Shown piece by piece: positions 14,894-25,056 of a stretch of DNA of 36,147 bases (position 1 is the stretch's first letter; each line of letters begins with the position of its first letter). The translations under genes and the position numbers were made by a program. The stretch covers positions 1 through 36,147 of the IMG/VR virus record IMGVR_UViG_3300020043_000238; one strand, written 5' to 3'. Below the pieces are notes generated by a model, which saw only the letters and a program-made list of their open reading frames with translations, made no database searches and was not told the DNA's origin. Source of the stretch: a virus. Taxonomy: Duplodnaviria; Caudoviricetes.

Positions 14894-15977
14894 GGCTTAC
14901 TACATGGTCAAAGGTTTTTGGGAACTCCCCTGTTGTCATGTAGTGTAGATTGCTCTGAATGCGACTGTCTTGCGGGGCTAATTCTAAAGCCTTTTGGCAA
15001 AGTTGCACAGACTCATCCCTGAGTCCAAGGTTCCATGCAGCAATGCTGGCGTAGTCGTATGGTTTCTCAGTCCAGACGGACGGGTCCATTGTGTATACAG
15101 CCTGTTTGTCAGTAATCTGCAAGGCAGACTTGGCGGCTGAATAGCTTTCAGCCCACATACTTAGGCGATAGCACTGTGCCGACAACTCAACCCAAGGCTC
15201 ACGGGTTCCGGGTGCTTCAGCAACAGCCAGCCTGAGCCACTTTAAAGCCTCTGTAGCGTGTCCTTTTTCGGAATACGCCTTACCCAACAGCCTCATAGCG
15301 TAAGCCCGTTCATTGGGCCAATTTGCTTCTGGCATCTCAAGGTACTTTTTGAGATACACAATGGCTTCATCCCACCGAGCGTAGAACGTCAACTCACGAG
15401 CATGATAGAAGGCATTTCGAGGGCATCGTGGGTCTTCCTTAATTGCCAACTCAAGCAACGGCATGTACTGACCACGCGACTTGGTGTTGTCAGGAAGGTG
15501 ACGCACAAGCAACATATCTGTGTGCGCGTAAATCTCATTGGTGCGGCCATCAGGGCGAGGATACTCATGGACCGGGTGATGCCAATGGTAGCCCTGACGA
15601 TGATGAATCTTCTCGTAGAAGAAGCTGATACCACAACCCCAATCAAACTTGTAGCGCAAGCGTGTTGTTTGCTCAGTCCAGACACGCTCAATTTCTTCAC
15701 GCCATCCCGGCTCCATAACCTCATCAAGATCAAGTGAGATGCAAACGTCATAGTCGCCGGGAATGAGCGCCAATGCTGCGTCACGGGCCTTGTCAAAGCG
15801 CCAAGGCTTGATGCAGATGTCATAGACCTTTGCGCCGCACTCAAGCGCTAGTTTTACTGTGTTGTCTGTGGAGCCTGTATCGGCAATCAGAATTAGGTCC
15901 GCATCTTTGGCTGAGTCGCAAAATCGTTGGACAAATTGTTCTTCGTTTTTGCTGATTGCGTAAATTGCTATTTTCAT
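14880..15977 (-). CDS. Family 2 glycosyltransferase with C-terminal TPR repeats
   Basis: ISKNEE..ADTGSTDNT..FDKARDAAL..SLDLDE (DxD)..VHE; TPR-like helices after residue ~170. Confidence 0.9.
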   Translation of the reverse strand: MKIAIYAISKNEEQFVQRFCDSAKDADLILIADTGSTDNTVKLALECGAKVYDICIKPWRFDKARDAALALIPGDYDVCISLDLDEVMEPGWREEIERVWTEQTTRLRYKFDWGCGISFFYEKIHHRQGYHWHHPVHEYPRPDGRTNEIYAHTDMLLVRHLPDNTKSRGQYMPLLELAIKEDPRCPRNAFYHARELTFYARWDEAIVYLKKYLEMPEANWPNERAYAMRLLGKAYSEKGHATEALKWLRLAVAEAPGTREPWVELSAQCYRLSMWAESYSAAKSALQITDKQAVYTMDPSVWTEKPYDYASIAAWNLGLRDESVQLCQKALELAPQDSRIQSNLHYMTTGEFPKTFDHVVSHEHN

Positions 15978-15993
15978 GTCTTATCCTAAAGTT

Positions 15994-16452
15994 TTATGGT
16001 TTTGTGGGCCAATTAACAGTCCAAGGAAATCCAGTTTGATTTGTTAAATCTCGCAGTGCTTGGCGATAAACAGCCCATTCATTTTGATTTACAGGCGCAT
16101 CAATAACTTGAGTCCAATCAGATGAGGCCAATAAAAAATTCCTATCTTCACGAACTTGCAAAGATTTAGAGTTTGCTTCAATTTGTCGCTCATCTTCATC
16201 AAGTGGTGTAACGATGTATTGTTGCACCCAAACGCCATCTTGAAATAATGCGGGGCCTTCAATGCGCTTTTGCGTAGATTTATCAAAATAGGGTGGAGTA
16301 ACAATTTTTAACTTGCTAACCCCAAAATACTCACGCTGTTCTTGCGACAATTTTCGAGCAAAGCAAAAGTTATTTTCATCCCATTGAGTCGGCTCGACAT
16401 CATGTATGTGTCGAATAAATATTCCATTTTTGTGTTGAATGTATTTTAGCAT
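15994..16452 (-). CDS. Tail fibre assembly chaperone-like protein
   Basis: VREDRNFLLASSDWTQ..WAVYRQALRDL..GFP..WPTKP. Confidence 0.8.
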   Translation of the reverse strand: MLKYIQHKNGIFIRHIHDVEPTQWDENNFCFARKLSQEQREYFGVSKLKIVTPPYFDKSTQKRIEGPALFQDGVWVQQYIVTPLDEDERQIEANSKSLQVREDRNFLLASSDWTQVIDAPVNQNEWAVYRQALRDLTNQTGFPWTVNWPTKP

Positions 16453-16754
16453 TGCGCCATCTCCTTAATTTTACGTTTTTCCGTAATGCGCTCAACTGCT
16501 GCTTCGTAAGATTTTTCATCGTCAATTTGTGATCTCAATGCAGAAATAACAGCTTTAACTGATTTCATTTGCTGCACAGTTACGGCAAGGCGCTCGGCTG
16601 TGCTAAATTTAAATTCACCATCTTCGCAAGTAGACAGCAAATATTCAAAATTGATTCTGTCAAAATCGTAATGAAAAAACTCAACCTCTCTAGCGTATAT
16701 TGCTTCAGCAATAGTTTCGTATTTGTATTCTGGTGTCAATTGTGTATAAATCAT
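16446..16754 (-). CDS. Hypothetical protein in fibre cassette
   Basis: AGGA SD before ATG 16754 (MIYTQL); AT-rich. Confidence 0.7.
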   Translation of the reverse strand: MIYTQLTPEYKYETIAEAIYAREVEFFHYDFDRINFEYLLSTCEDGEFKFSTAERLAVTVQQMKSVKAVISALRSQIDDEKSYEAAVERITEKRKIKEMAQC

Positions 16755-16767
16755 ATTTTTTCCTGTT

Positions 16768-19700
16768 TTATTGGTTGACGTTAAATGCAATGCCTCGGCC
16801 TGTTCCTGTTGGCAAAGTCAAAGGATTTGCATATTTAGCACCAAAACCAGACCCACTCCAAGAATAAGCTGTTACAAATGGTGAGGTTTCATGCGCTACA
16901 GCTATGGCATTGCCAGAAGCATTGAACGCAACATCCAAACCGTTTCCTGTTGGTTGAGTTGAGGGATTGGAGTATTTAGAAGAAAGACCAGATGCCCAAG
17001 TATAAACAGAAATGTTTGGCGCAGCATCATGAGCCACAGCAACTGAGTCTCCAGAAGGCGTAAACGCAACACTTCGGCCAACACCAGTAGGCAAAGTTGC
17101 TGGATTTGCATCTTTAGGACCAAATCCAGAAACGCTCCAAGGATATGACGACACAAATGGAGTGATGTTATGGCCTATTACAACGGAATCTCCCGCTGGA
17201 GTAAAAGCAACCCCGTAAGAGTTACCTGTAGGCAATGTTGTTGGGTTGGTAAATTTAACTCCAAATCCCGCCTCAGACCAAGGATAAGCCGTTACAAATG
17301 GAGTGGTGTCATGCACCACAACTATTGCATCACCTGAAGGACTAAAAGTTACATTTCGTCCAAGTCCAGATGGTGTAGGCGCTACTGGAGCAGCGTATTT
17401 AACCCCAAAGCCAGAATCGGACCAAGGATATACAGAAATATATGGAGTTGTGCTTGATGAAACTGCTAAGTAACTAGCGGAAGAATCAAAAGAAACACCA
17501 AAACCGTTTCCTGTTGGCAAAGTCGCAGGATTTGCAAATTTAACTCCAAAACTTGTTCCATTCCAAGGGTAGACAGAAACACCCGGAGATGTATCATGGG
17601 CAACGGCTATAACATCGCCATTGGGGCTAAATGTTACGTTTCTACCAATACCTGTAGGCAAAGTTGATGGATTGCTGTATTTTGCACCAAAACCAGAAGT
17701 AAACCAAGGATATGCAGTAACAAATGGAGAAACATCATGAGCTATAGCAATTGCTTCCAAACTCACTTCTCCCGCATCATACAAATAATTCGCCATCCAT
17801 TTTGTTGACGTAACCTTAATTGCCATTAAAGTGTTATTTGGAGAAACAATAGCAGTTCCAGTAATGCCATTCCCAAGAACAAGAGAATCAGTGTTAATTG
17901 TCACACTTACGGAGCGACCGTTGTTTTCTACTGTAAACAAAACCACAGTGCCAATTGGAAATGCAACACTAGAATTAGCTGGAATTGTGTAAGTTCTTTG
18001 TGAAGTGTCGGAAACTGGATGAAAAATCTGCTTTCCAGCATCACTTAAAACAAGAGTGTAATTAGCCGATTGAATGTTTTGAGGATATTTAACAATACTT
18101 GAGCCAGAAGGCGTAGAAACCCAATCAGTACCATTTGATGTTAAAACATTTCCAGCATCTCCCGGAGGAACAGAAGCACCCCAAGCAGAACCCGTAGAAA
18201 TTGCAACGCCAGCAGATGGGTATACAGAGTCACCAGCCGGGCCAGTAGGGCCAGTTGGTCCGGCAACAGTTGAAGCCGCGCCAGTTGGGCCTGTTAATCC
18301 AGTTGGCCCGGTAGGTCCGGCAGCACCTTGAATGCCCTGAATACCTTGAATGCCTTGCGGACCAGTAGGGCCAGCCGTACCTTGGATGCCTTGCGGACCT
18401 GTTGGGCCTGATGCGCCTGTTGCGCCAGTGTCACCTTGAATACCTTGGATGCCCTGAACGCCTTGTGCGCCCGTTGGCCCAGCAGCACCTTGAGCGCCTG
18501 TCGGTCCAGCATTTCCTTGTGGCCCTGTAGGGCCAACAGCCGTTGAAGCCGCGCCTGTAGGTCCAGTTGCGCCTTGTGGGCCAGTGGGGCCAACTACGCC
18601 AATAGATTGAATAACAACCAGCAAGTCGTGGTTGTTGATAAAGTTTGTTGTTCCAGTGCCGCCAGAAGTTACCAGCGTAACAGGCAATAAAACATAGCTG
18701 TTTGGAACAATAGTTGGGGTGGCTGAAACTTCCCACTTTTGATAGTTTGCAGAATTGTTTTGATCTTGCAGAACAAGAACGTCATTTGTCTTTATGAAAG
18801 ACAAGAAGATGTCAATGTCAATACCGCCTTGCTCAAGATGGCTTAACGTAATCTGAGTTGCAGAAACTTGTGTTGCGGTATCCCAGAACAAATGTCCAGC
18901 AGTTGGTGTGCCAGATGTTTGCGAGGTGTCAGCTTGGTATTGGTAAAAGCTAGACGATTGACCGTCTACACCTTGTGGGCCTGTCGGGCCAGTGGAGCCA
19001 GTTGCACCCTGTGCGCCAGCCGTGCCCGTGGGTCCAGTTACGCCTTGGATGCCTTGCGACCCCGTAGGGCCAGCAACACCTTGTTCACCCTGAATGCCCT
19101 GAATACCCTGTGCGCCTGTTGGACCAGCAGTGCCTTGGATGCCTTGATTGCCCTGTGCGCCTGTGGGTCCAGTTGGACCTGCAACCGTAGAGTCAGCGCC
19201 TGTTGCACCTGTGGGGCCAGCTACACCTTGAATGCCCTGTGGCCCTGTTGGTCCAACATCACCCACATCCCCTTGAGCGCCCGTTGGCCCCGTAGCACCC
19301 GCCACACCTTGTGTGCCTTGCGGACCAGTAGGGCCAGCCGTACCTTGGATGCCTTGCGGACCTGTTGGGCCTGATGCGCCTGTTGGGCCGACAATCGGGC
19401 CAACATCTACCCACGCAGTCCCCGACCATGTGTATAAGTTTCCGTTGGCTTGAACAATATAAGAGTCGCCGGGATTGTTGCCTGTAACTGGCAAATCTCC
19501 AACAGTAGCAACCGTTCCTTTGACCGATACACCAGTTCCTTGCTGACCAGTAGGGCCAGTAGGTCCGACATCACCCTGCGTCCCTGTGGGGCCAGTAATA
19601 CCCGCAATACCTTGAGCGCCTGTCGGCCCTGTTGCGCCAGTTGCGCCAGCAGCACCCGCGCTACCAGTTGGACCTGTAGAGCCAGCAGCGCCTTGTGCGC

Positions 19701-19854
19701 CTGTTGGTCCAGAATTTCCTTGTGCGCCAGTTGGGCCTGTTGAACCATTTTGACCAGTAGGTCCAGTAGGGCCAACTTCAGTTGAAGCCGAACCTGTTGG
19801 GCCAGTTGGTCCAATAGGGCCGTTTGCCAATCCAGAGTTAATCCAAACCATCAT
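16768..19854 (-). CDS. Collagen-like tail fibre with C-terminal seven-repeat beta-propeller
   Basis: Three Gly-X-Y tracts rich in GPT/GIQ; seven ~47-aa AVAH..PF..YPW..GFG.K..NP..LPTG repeats; ATG 19854 overlaps upstream stop. Confidence 0.85.
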   Translation of the reverse strand: MMVWINSGLANGPIGPTGPTGSASTEVGPTGPTGQNGSTGPTGAQGNSGPTGAQGAAGSTGPTGSAGAAGATGATGPTGAQGIAGITGPTGTQGDVGPTGPTGQQGTGVSVKGTVATVGDLPVTGNNPGDSYIVQANGNLYTWSGTAWVDVGPIVGPTGASGPTGPQGIQGTAGPTGPQGTQGVAGATGPTGAQGDVGDVGPTGPQGIQGVAGPTGATGADSTVAGPTGPTGAQGNQGIQGTAGPTGAQGIQGIQGEQGVAGPTGSQGIQGVTGPTGTAGAQGATGSTGPTGPQGVDGQSSSFYQYQADTSQTSGTPTAGHLFWDTATQVSATQITLSHLEQGGIDIDIFLSFIKTNDVLVLQDQNNSANYQKWEVSATPTIVPNSYVLLPVTLVTSGGTGTTNFINNHDLLVVIQSIGVVGPTGPQGATGPTGAASTAVGPTGPQGNAGPTGAQGAAGPTGAQGVQGIQGIQGDTGATGASGPTGPQGIQGTAGPTGPQGIQGIQGIQGAAGPTGPTGLTGPTGAASTVAGPTGPTGPAGDSVYPSAGVAISTGSAWGASVPPGDAGNVLTSNGTDWVSTPSGSSIVKYPQNIQSANYTLVLSDAGKQIFHPVSDTSQRTYTIPANSSVAFPIGTVVLFTVENNGRSVSVTINTDSLVLGNGITGTAIVSPNNTLMAIKVTSTKWMANYLYDAGEVSLEAIAIAHDVSPFVTAYPWFTSGFGAKYSNPSTLPTGIGRNVTFSPNGDVIAVAHDTSPGVSVYPWNGTSFGVKFANPATLPTGNGFGVSFDSSASYLAVSSSTTPYISVYPWSDSGFGVKYAAPVAPTPSGLGRNVTFSPSGDAIVVVHDTTPFVTAYPWSEAGFGVKFTNPTTLPTGNSYGVAFTPAGDSVVIGHNITPFVSSYPWSVSGFGPKDANPATLPTGVGRSVAFTPSGDSVAVAHDAAPNISVYTWASGLSSKYSNPSTQPTGNGLDVAFNASGNAIAVAHETSPFVTAYSWSGSGFGAKYANPLTLPTGTGRGIAFNVNQ
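18351..19385. repeat. 72-bp exact direct repeat within collagen tracts (18351..18422 = 19314..19385)
   Basis: Direct sequence comparison. Confidence 0.85.
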
Positions 19855-20108
19855 GCGCTCCAAACATAAACATAGCCATTGGCAAGAACAACCCATCCAT
19901 CGCCGTTTTGATTTCCTGTGGACGGAAGATCGGAAACTGTGGCAACCGTTCCCTTCATGTTAATCCCTTGACCAGCAGGGCCAGTTGGTCCAGCAGGGCC
20001 AATTGGTCCAGCCGTGCCGCGATCAATCCTAGCTTCTACGCGAGGCTGCGGGACAACCTCAAGGTTGACGTTGTTTCCGTCAAGAACGGTAACTTTTAAA
20101 TTACTCAT
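19851..20108 (-). CDS. Short collagen-containing protein, apparently the N-terminal piece of the fibre
   Basis: GPIGPAGPTGPAG then KGTVATVSDLPSTGN motif, which recurs in the downstream ORF. Confidence 0.75.
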   Translation of the reverse strand: MSNLKVTVLDGNNVNLEVVPQPRVEARIDRGTAGPIGPAGPTGPAGQGINMKGTVATVSDLPSTGNQNGDGWVVLANGYVYVWSA

Positions 20109-20117
20109 GGCACATCC

Positions 20118-20600
20118 TTACAGAACAATAACGCCATCAGAGCGAACAATGAACAGCAAGAAAATAATCATGTCATCAGCGGGAGTGCCACCAGAAGCCG
20201 GGAAGGATAGCTTGACGCGACCAGAATAGCCGACAGGGTTTTGAGCATTGATTTCCAACTCTGGGTCACTGCTCATCAATCCCCATGCGCCAGCATCAAT
20301 AACAAGAGTGCAAGCGCCAGCAGCAGCCACAATGTTTGTGACCGTCAACGGAATGGCTGGAGGTGTTGGCGTGTAATCAGCAATGTCAAACGTCAGACCG
20401 TTGCGAGTGTCTGTAATGTTGGACAACTCACGGCGGACAATTTGAGCATCAAGCGTTGCGCCAGTTAAGTTAACTGGAACGCTATTGGCTGTGAAAGACA
20501 GGTTCCAGTAAGTTTGCTGATCCCATACAAGTTCGCCAGCAAGAATTGGATTGTCAAAGCCGCTGACTTGAGCCAGCGAGTTCTTATTAAATACGGACAT
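20118..20600 (-). CDS. Virion structural protein (BppU-like fibre anchor)
   Basis: PVNLTGATLDAQI motif, beta-rich; lies between tail tip and fibre. Confidence 0.6.
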   Translation of the reverse strand: MSVFNKNSLAQVSGFDNPILAGELVWDQQTYWNLSFTANSVPVNLTGATLDAQIVRRELSNITDTRNGLTFDIADYTPTPPAIPLTVTNIVAAAGACTLVIDAGAWGLMSSDPELEINAQNPVGYSGRVKLSFPASGGTPADDMIIFLLFIVRSDGVIVL

Positions 20601-20673
20601 AACAGTTCCCTGTTCTCAGGTGGTGACGCTCCCCGCCTACTGGCAGGGCTACGAGTGTCTTGTCATTTTTTAT

Positions 20674-20702
20674 ATTCTAACCGCCAAGATAGATGCAAGC
20701 AA
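20674..20702 (-). promoter_or_regulatory. Putative sigma70 promoter TTGCTT-N17-TAGAAT for the fibre/lysis block
   Basis: -35 at 20697-20702, -10 at 20674-20679 overlapping the upstream stop codon. Confidence 0.5.
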
Positions 20703-23700
20703 TCATTTGAACATCAGTTGGGCCAGAAAAACTTACGGCTTCTCTGGCTTTTGCTACCGTAATTGACCGAACGATATTGTCGGATTGCTTCATACCTTTG
20801 CCTGTGGTGGAGCTTGCCACAATCAAGTCTCCCGGCTGAATGTCTCCACCTTCGCCGCACACATTGATTTGCCCCTCACCAACAGCGTTGATTTGAACAA
20901 CCTTGTAGGTGGCTTGCAGTTCAGCCAAGTCATAAGGTGGAATCAACTCCATAGTTGATACAGGGCCAAGATCGCCTTCCGTGTAAGTCTCAACTGGCTC
21001 CCACAAAATGCCGGGAGTATTTGTTTGCACAGGCAAAACCGCACTGACAACGCCCAACACTCGCGCTTGATTTGCCTCACTGCTGCTCACCACATTGAAC
21101 AACACGTTGGAGATATTGGCGCGATAAAAGATGCTGTTATCAACAACAATGTCGCCAATTGAAACCGAATCATCAATCGGGAACATTCCTTCGTGGAAGC
21201 CAGTAAATGGGCCAGTCCCATCAACAATGTAAATCTTGCCTTGACCACTTGGGCTGTACGCAGAATAAGTGGCCGTTGCAAGTTGAATTGATTTGCTCAA
21301 ACTTCCAGCGCTGGCGCTACTTGTACCAGAATATCTCTGGAAAGCGCCGCCCAAGCTGTTGGCGTTATCTGCATAGGTCAAACCCCACACGCCAGCGTTT
21401 GTAAGGCCAGAACCCAACGCACCAAGACGCTGCCAACTAGAAAATGTATTAGCGGTGGTGTGAGAACCCGACACACCGTTTCCGCTACCAATTGCATTGT
21501 TTGCGCTATGACCCCAAATTGTGACGTTGCCATCTAAATTGTTTTGTGCGGCAATGTTTACAAGCGTGGTGTCAGCAACAACTTTGCGGACGTTAAACGA
21601 GCTTTTTAATGTGGCAATAACAGTTCCTGTTTGCCCCATTTGAATCCATGCTTGAGAAGCAGAGCCGTTAATCATATTGCCGCTAGAAATTCTATTGGCA
21701 GATAAACTCTCAGCAATAATGGAGCCACCATCAATAAACGTAGTTCCAGTGCCAAGTGGCCCAACCGCTGTTGCAAGGTTTGTGAACGTCACCAACCCAT
21801 CCAAGTTTTGCCAAGTAAACACTGATGTGATTGTTTCGGTGTAAGCGCCGTCATAATCAATTTCTTGGAAAGCAACTTTTACAGCCCAATACTTGTTGTT
21901 GGCCGTTGTTGGGACTACTGTTGATGGGCTAAAAATTGCAGACCAGCCAGATGCGGTAATGGTTGCAACTTGCGTATCAAAGTTAAAAGCAACCTGAGAT
22001 GTTGTTGGCGCTGTTGGAGCCGTGGATTGCGCCGTGTTGTAGTAGAAAAACACTTGCGCGTTTCTTGGCCCTGTTGGGCCAGTGGTCGCTTCTGGTGTCC
22101 AAGTAAATGATGAACTTATTGGGCTGCGCGATGATCTTGCTAAATCGTTTGCAACAACATAAGCAAAATAATATGTTGCTGATGTGCTTGCACCAGTTGG
22201 CAATACTTGATTTGAATAAACGTATGTGCCACTTGGCGTTAAAGGCTGACCGTCAATAGCAGTAGCAGATGACAATAATTTCCAATCACTGGCGGTAGGA
22301 GTGGCAACAGTTGTGTAATACAACTCGCTGTAAGTCACTCGACCTATTGCTGGAATTGAAATGGTTACATTGAAGTTTGGAATTGGACTGCTTGGATTGT
22401 CTGCTGTAACTGTTGGCGCTGACAATGCGCTGAAGTAAACAACAGATGCAATATCGCTGTTTGGCACAGAAACATATTGCGTGATGTCAAAGTCATCGTA
22501 CACAGCCGCGCTGTATTCGCTCAACTCCAGTTTTGCACCAAGACTGCCATCAGGCAAAGATGCTTCGTTCACTTTGACTACACGGAACAACTTGTTGCTC
22601 CAGCCGTAATCAGAGTTTGTGACACTGACAACAGCGCCAGCATCAACTTGGATACCGTAGTAGGTTGTGCTGAAGCTGACAATCAGGTCTTCACGGGCTT
22701 GCTCAAGAATGCGGTTGGCAAGGTACTGTGCTTGAACCGAGTCATTGCACAAATCATATGTGACGCTGTATTTGTTGACTGGCTCATTTGGATACAACAA
22801 TCCAGATGGGGTTGCAATGTTGACAAAGTTTGGCTGATCCCTTGCGCCTTTGTCAGGAAACTTTGCTTCAACTTGATTGATAGACTGAGTGATGTCAGTG
22901 GCGCTTACTCGCACCTCGCCAATGATGTTGTCATCGTCAAAAGCATAAGAGGCGGTTTCAGCCTTGTTGATGACAATAGACCACTGGCCTTTGGCTGCGT
23001 TGTATGCCATCCAAGAATCAGAACAGGTCATTATCTTGTCAAGGTTACTCAACACAGTCTGACCAGCATCAATAACGCCGTTCATGCGGTATCTCGCTTG
23101 AGTGGCAGAACCACCGCCAGATGGCGTATATGTAATGACCTCATCTGCGTATGCGTTTAAAGCCGCAACAGAACTTATGTCCACAAAAGCGGGATCAACA
23201 GCGCCGCCATACTGCGTGTTCGTTATGTAGTCGTACCAAGCATCACCGGGCTTTGCAACTCCAGTGCTGTTCAACGATTGCTTTACTTTAAAGGTAATTG
23301 GAGACAGGCTTGTTGTTCCAGCGTCTTGGCTGTAAATCAAAGTCACGACTGCAAATGCGGTTCCATTCATCTGCCTTCCTGTTGAAGGCCACTGCAAGGA
23401 AGTTGCAATTGGGTAATCTGTAAATGGTGTTGTTGGCCCCATAACGACACTTGGCGCAAACCAATTAGGGCTTGCAATGGCTCCAGCTTGTGTGCTGGTG
23501 TAAAGACCAATCCACAGATAGCCATTAATTTTTGTGTCCACATTCCCGGCTTCATCTGTAAGGCTGACAACCTTTGCTTGGTCTGTGCCATCAAAAGTGA
23601 TTTTTCTGTCGCCGTAATACATTTCGGTTTGGTCAAACGTAAACTGACCATTGGGACTGATACTGGAGATTGCTATGACGTAATACATAGCCTTCTGGTT

Positions 23701-23961
23701 TTCGCTAAGTACCGCATCAACAAACGTGCCGCCAAGATAAGCATCGCCATACACAATCGGGATTGCGTTGACGTTTGATGGTGGAACTTGTTGTCTAGTT
23801 CCGCTGTCTTGTGGCCCTTGCTGGTCTTGACCAAAAACGCGAGACACAATCAAAGATACTGCAAAATTAACAGCAAAGGCGGCGGCAGTAAGTGCGAAAG
23901 ATGCAGCTACACCAGCAGCAGTTACACCAGCCGCCGCAGCGACAATCATTGTTCCAACCAT
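20677..23961 (-). CDS. Tail tip / host-specificity protein with C-terminal peptidase G2-like auto-cleaved chaperone domain
   Basis: AIPIVYG, YRMNGVID, GQWSIVI, FRVVKVNE..LSEY; C-terminal FTGFH..VGEGQINVCGEGGDIQPGDLI..GKGMKQ. Confidence 0.85.
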   Translation of the reverse strand: MVGTMIVAAAAGVTAAGVAASFALTAAAFAVNFAVSLIVSRVFGQDQQGPQDSGTRQQVPPSNVNAIPIVYGDAYLGGTFVDAVLSENQKAMYYVIAISSISPNGQFTFDQTEMYYGDRKITFDGTDQAKVVSLTDEAGNVDTKINGYLWIGLYTSTQAGAIASPNWFAPSVVMGPTTPFTDYPIATSLQWPSTGRQMNGTAFAVVTLIYSQDAGTTSLSPITFKVKQSLNSTGVAKPGDAWYDYITNTQYGGAVDPAFVDISSVAALNAYADEVITYTPSGGGSATQARYRMNGVIDAGQTVLSNLDKIMTCSDSWMAYNAAKGQWSIVINKAETASYAFDDDNIIGEVRVSATDITQSINQVEAKFPDKGARDQPNFVNIATPSGLLYPNEPVNKYSVTYDLCNDSVQAQYLANRILEQAREDLIVSFSTTYYGIQVDAGAVVSVTNSDYGWSNKLFRVVKVNEASLPDGSLGAKLELSEYSAAVYDDFDITQYVSVPNSDIASVVYFSALSAPTVTADNPSSPIPNFNVTISIPAIGRVTYSELYYTTVATPTASDWKLLSSATAIDGQPLTPSGTYVYSNQVLPTGASTSATYYFAYVVANDLARSSRSPISSSFTWTPEATTGPTGPRNAQVFFYYNTAQSTAPTAPTTSQVAFNFDTQVATITASGWSAIFSPSTVVPTTANNKYWAVKVAFQEIDYDGAYTETITSVFTWQNLDGLVTFTNLATAVGPLGTGTTFIDGGSIIAESLSANRISSGNMINGSASQAWIQMGQTGTVIATLKSSFNVRKVVADTTLVNIAAQNNLDGNVTIWGHSANNAIGSGNGVSGSHTTANTFSSWQRLGALGSGLTNAGVWGLTYADNANSLGGAFQRYSGTSSASAGSLSKSIQLATATYSAYSPSGQGKIYIVDGTGPFTGFHEGMFPIDDSVSIGDIVVDNSIFYRANISNVLFNVVSSSEANQARVLGVVSAVLPVQTNTPGILWEPVETYTEGDLGPVSTMELIPPYDLAELQATYKVVQINAVGEGQINVCGEGGDIQPGDLIVASSTTGKGMKQSDNIVRSITVAKAREAVSFSGPTDVQMIACIYLGG

Positions 23962-23964
23962 CTT

Positions 23965-24411
23965 TTACTCCCGTACAAACGATGCGCCCAATGGGGCATA
24001 ACCGCGTTTTGTGTAATCAATCAAAGGGCCATTGGCAGAAATGCTTGTGACAACAAAATCAATGTCGCCAGCTTTAAGCATCGCTTTAGCCCTCTCGTCA
24101 AATGCTTTCCATAGCCTACCGCCAATTGTCCCATTTCGGTGTTCAGGTTCAACCCACCAAAGCAACTCATTCAATTCTTTCAACTCAGGACACCACACAT
24201 TGCTTTGCTTGATTGCGACAAGTGCGCCGCGCATATGGTCGTCAATGTAAATAAATCCTCGTCCAGCAATGACGCTAAAAAGCAATTGCTCAACGTGCTT
24301 TGGATTGTGATGCTCTTGCCGACCAAGCGCCTTGATTGGTGTTTCGTAGGCATAGGCTTCAACAATCTCAAGCAATCTTGGAATGTCATATCTTGTTGCT
24401 AGTCTTATCAT
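23965..24411 (-). CDS. GNAT-family acetyltransferase
   Basis: MIRLATRYDIPRL..WWVEPEHRNGTIGGRL..YTKRGY. Confidence 0.8.
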   Translation of the reverse strand: MIRLATRYDIPRLLEIVEAYAYETPIKALGRQEHHNPKHVEQLLFSVIAGRGFIYIDDHMRGALVAIKQSNVWCPELKELNELLWWVEPEHRNGTIGGRLWKAFDERAKAMLKAGDIDFVVTSISANGPLIDYTKRGYAPLGASFVRE

Positions 24412-25056
24412 TTATTGACCGTAATTTCCAGAGTAGTCAACTTGCGTAGTGTCTGTTGATTGGGTTTCTCTTTGTGGTGGCTTGCCAAAGTCAAAGTAGG
24501 TGTTGGCAATCGTAGCCACACGGCTCATGCTTGCATCGCCGGGATACAAGAACTGCCAGCTTGATTCGTTTGTCTTTACCCCGCCAAGCCTGTTCTCCAA
24601 GATGCGCCGCATAGATGAGCAAGCAATGGAGCAAGTAGCGATCCGTGTTCGCATCTCAGAGTTAAAGTCTTCTGTGATGGAAACGCTGTTGATGATGCCC
24701 TGATAGCGTTTAAAGAATTGCGTTGTGGGCGTAGTGATGATCTGGTTGTTGGAATCAAAGAACCCGCGCCACACCTCGACCAACGAACCCTTAATCTCAT
24801 TGCTAAGAATGATGCTAATGTTTGCCGGATCGATACCCGTCAACGCAATCGTCATGTCATCGCTTGTGGATCGCATGTCGCGCTGTACGTCACCCACATT
24901 AAGCAGTGCGCCAAGATTGGTAAACGTGTTCCCGCCAACAGTAATAGGGGCTGCTGCGTTGCAAAATGTATAGACGGTTTCAGCAGTGCCGACCGTCAGT
25001 TTGACAAACTCAGCGTGTCTAATTTGTGGCCCACTGAGAGCCGCCATTGTTGTCAT
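24412..25056 (-). CDS. Minor tail protein (hub/gpL-like)
   Basis: TIALTGID..GSLVEVWRGFFD..RYQGII; position after distal tail gene. Confidence 0.65.
   Translation of the reverse strand: MTTMAALSGPQIRHAEFVKLTVGTAETVYTFCNAAAPITVGGNTFTNLGALLNVGDVQRDMRSTSDDMTIALTGIDPANISIILSNEIKGSLVEVWRGFFDSNNQIITTPTTQFFKRYQGIINSVSITEDFNSEMRTRIATCSIACSSMRRILENRLGGVKTNESSWQFLYPGDASMSRVATIANTYFDFGKPPQRETQSTDTTQVDYSGNYGQ

Noticed and set aside
18230-20010. Dense short repeats resembling an array or CRISPR
   Set aside because: Explained by Gly-X-Y codons; no constant repeat with unique spacers
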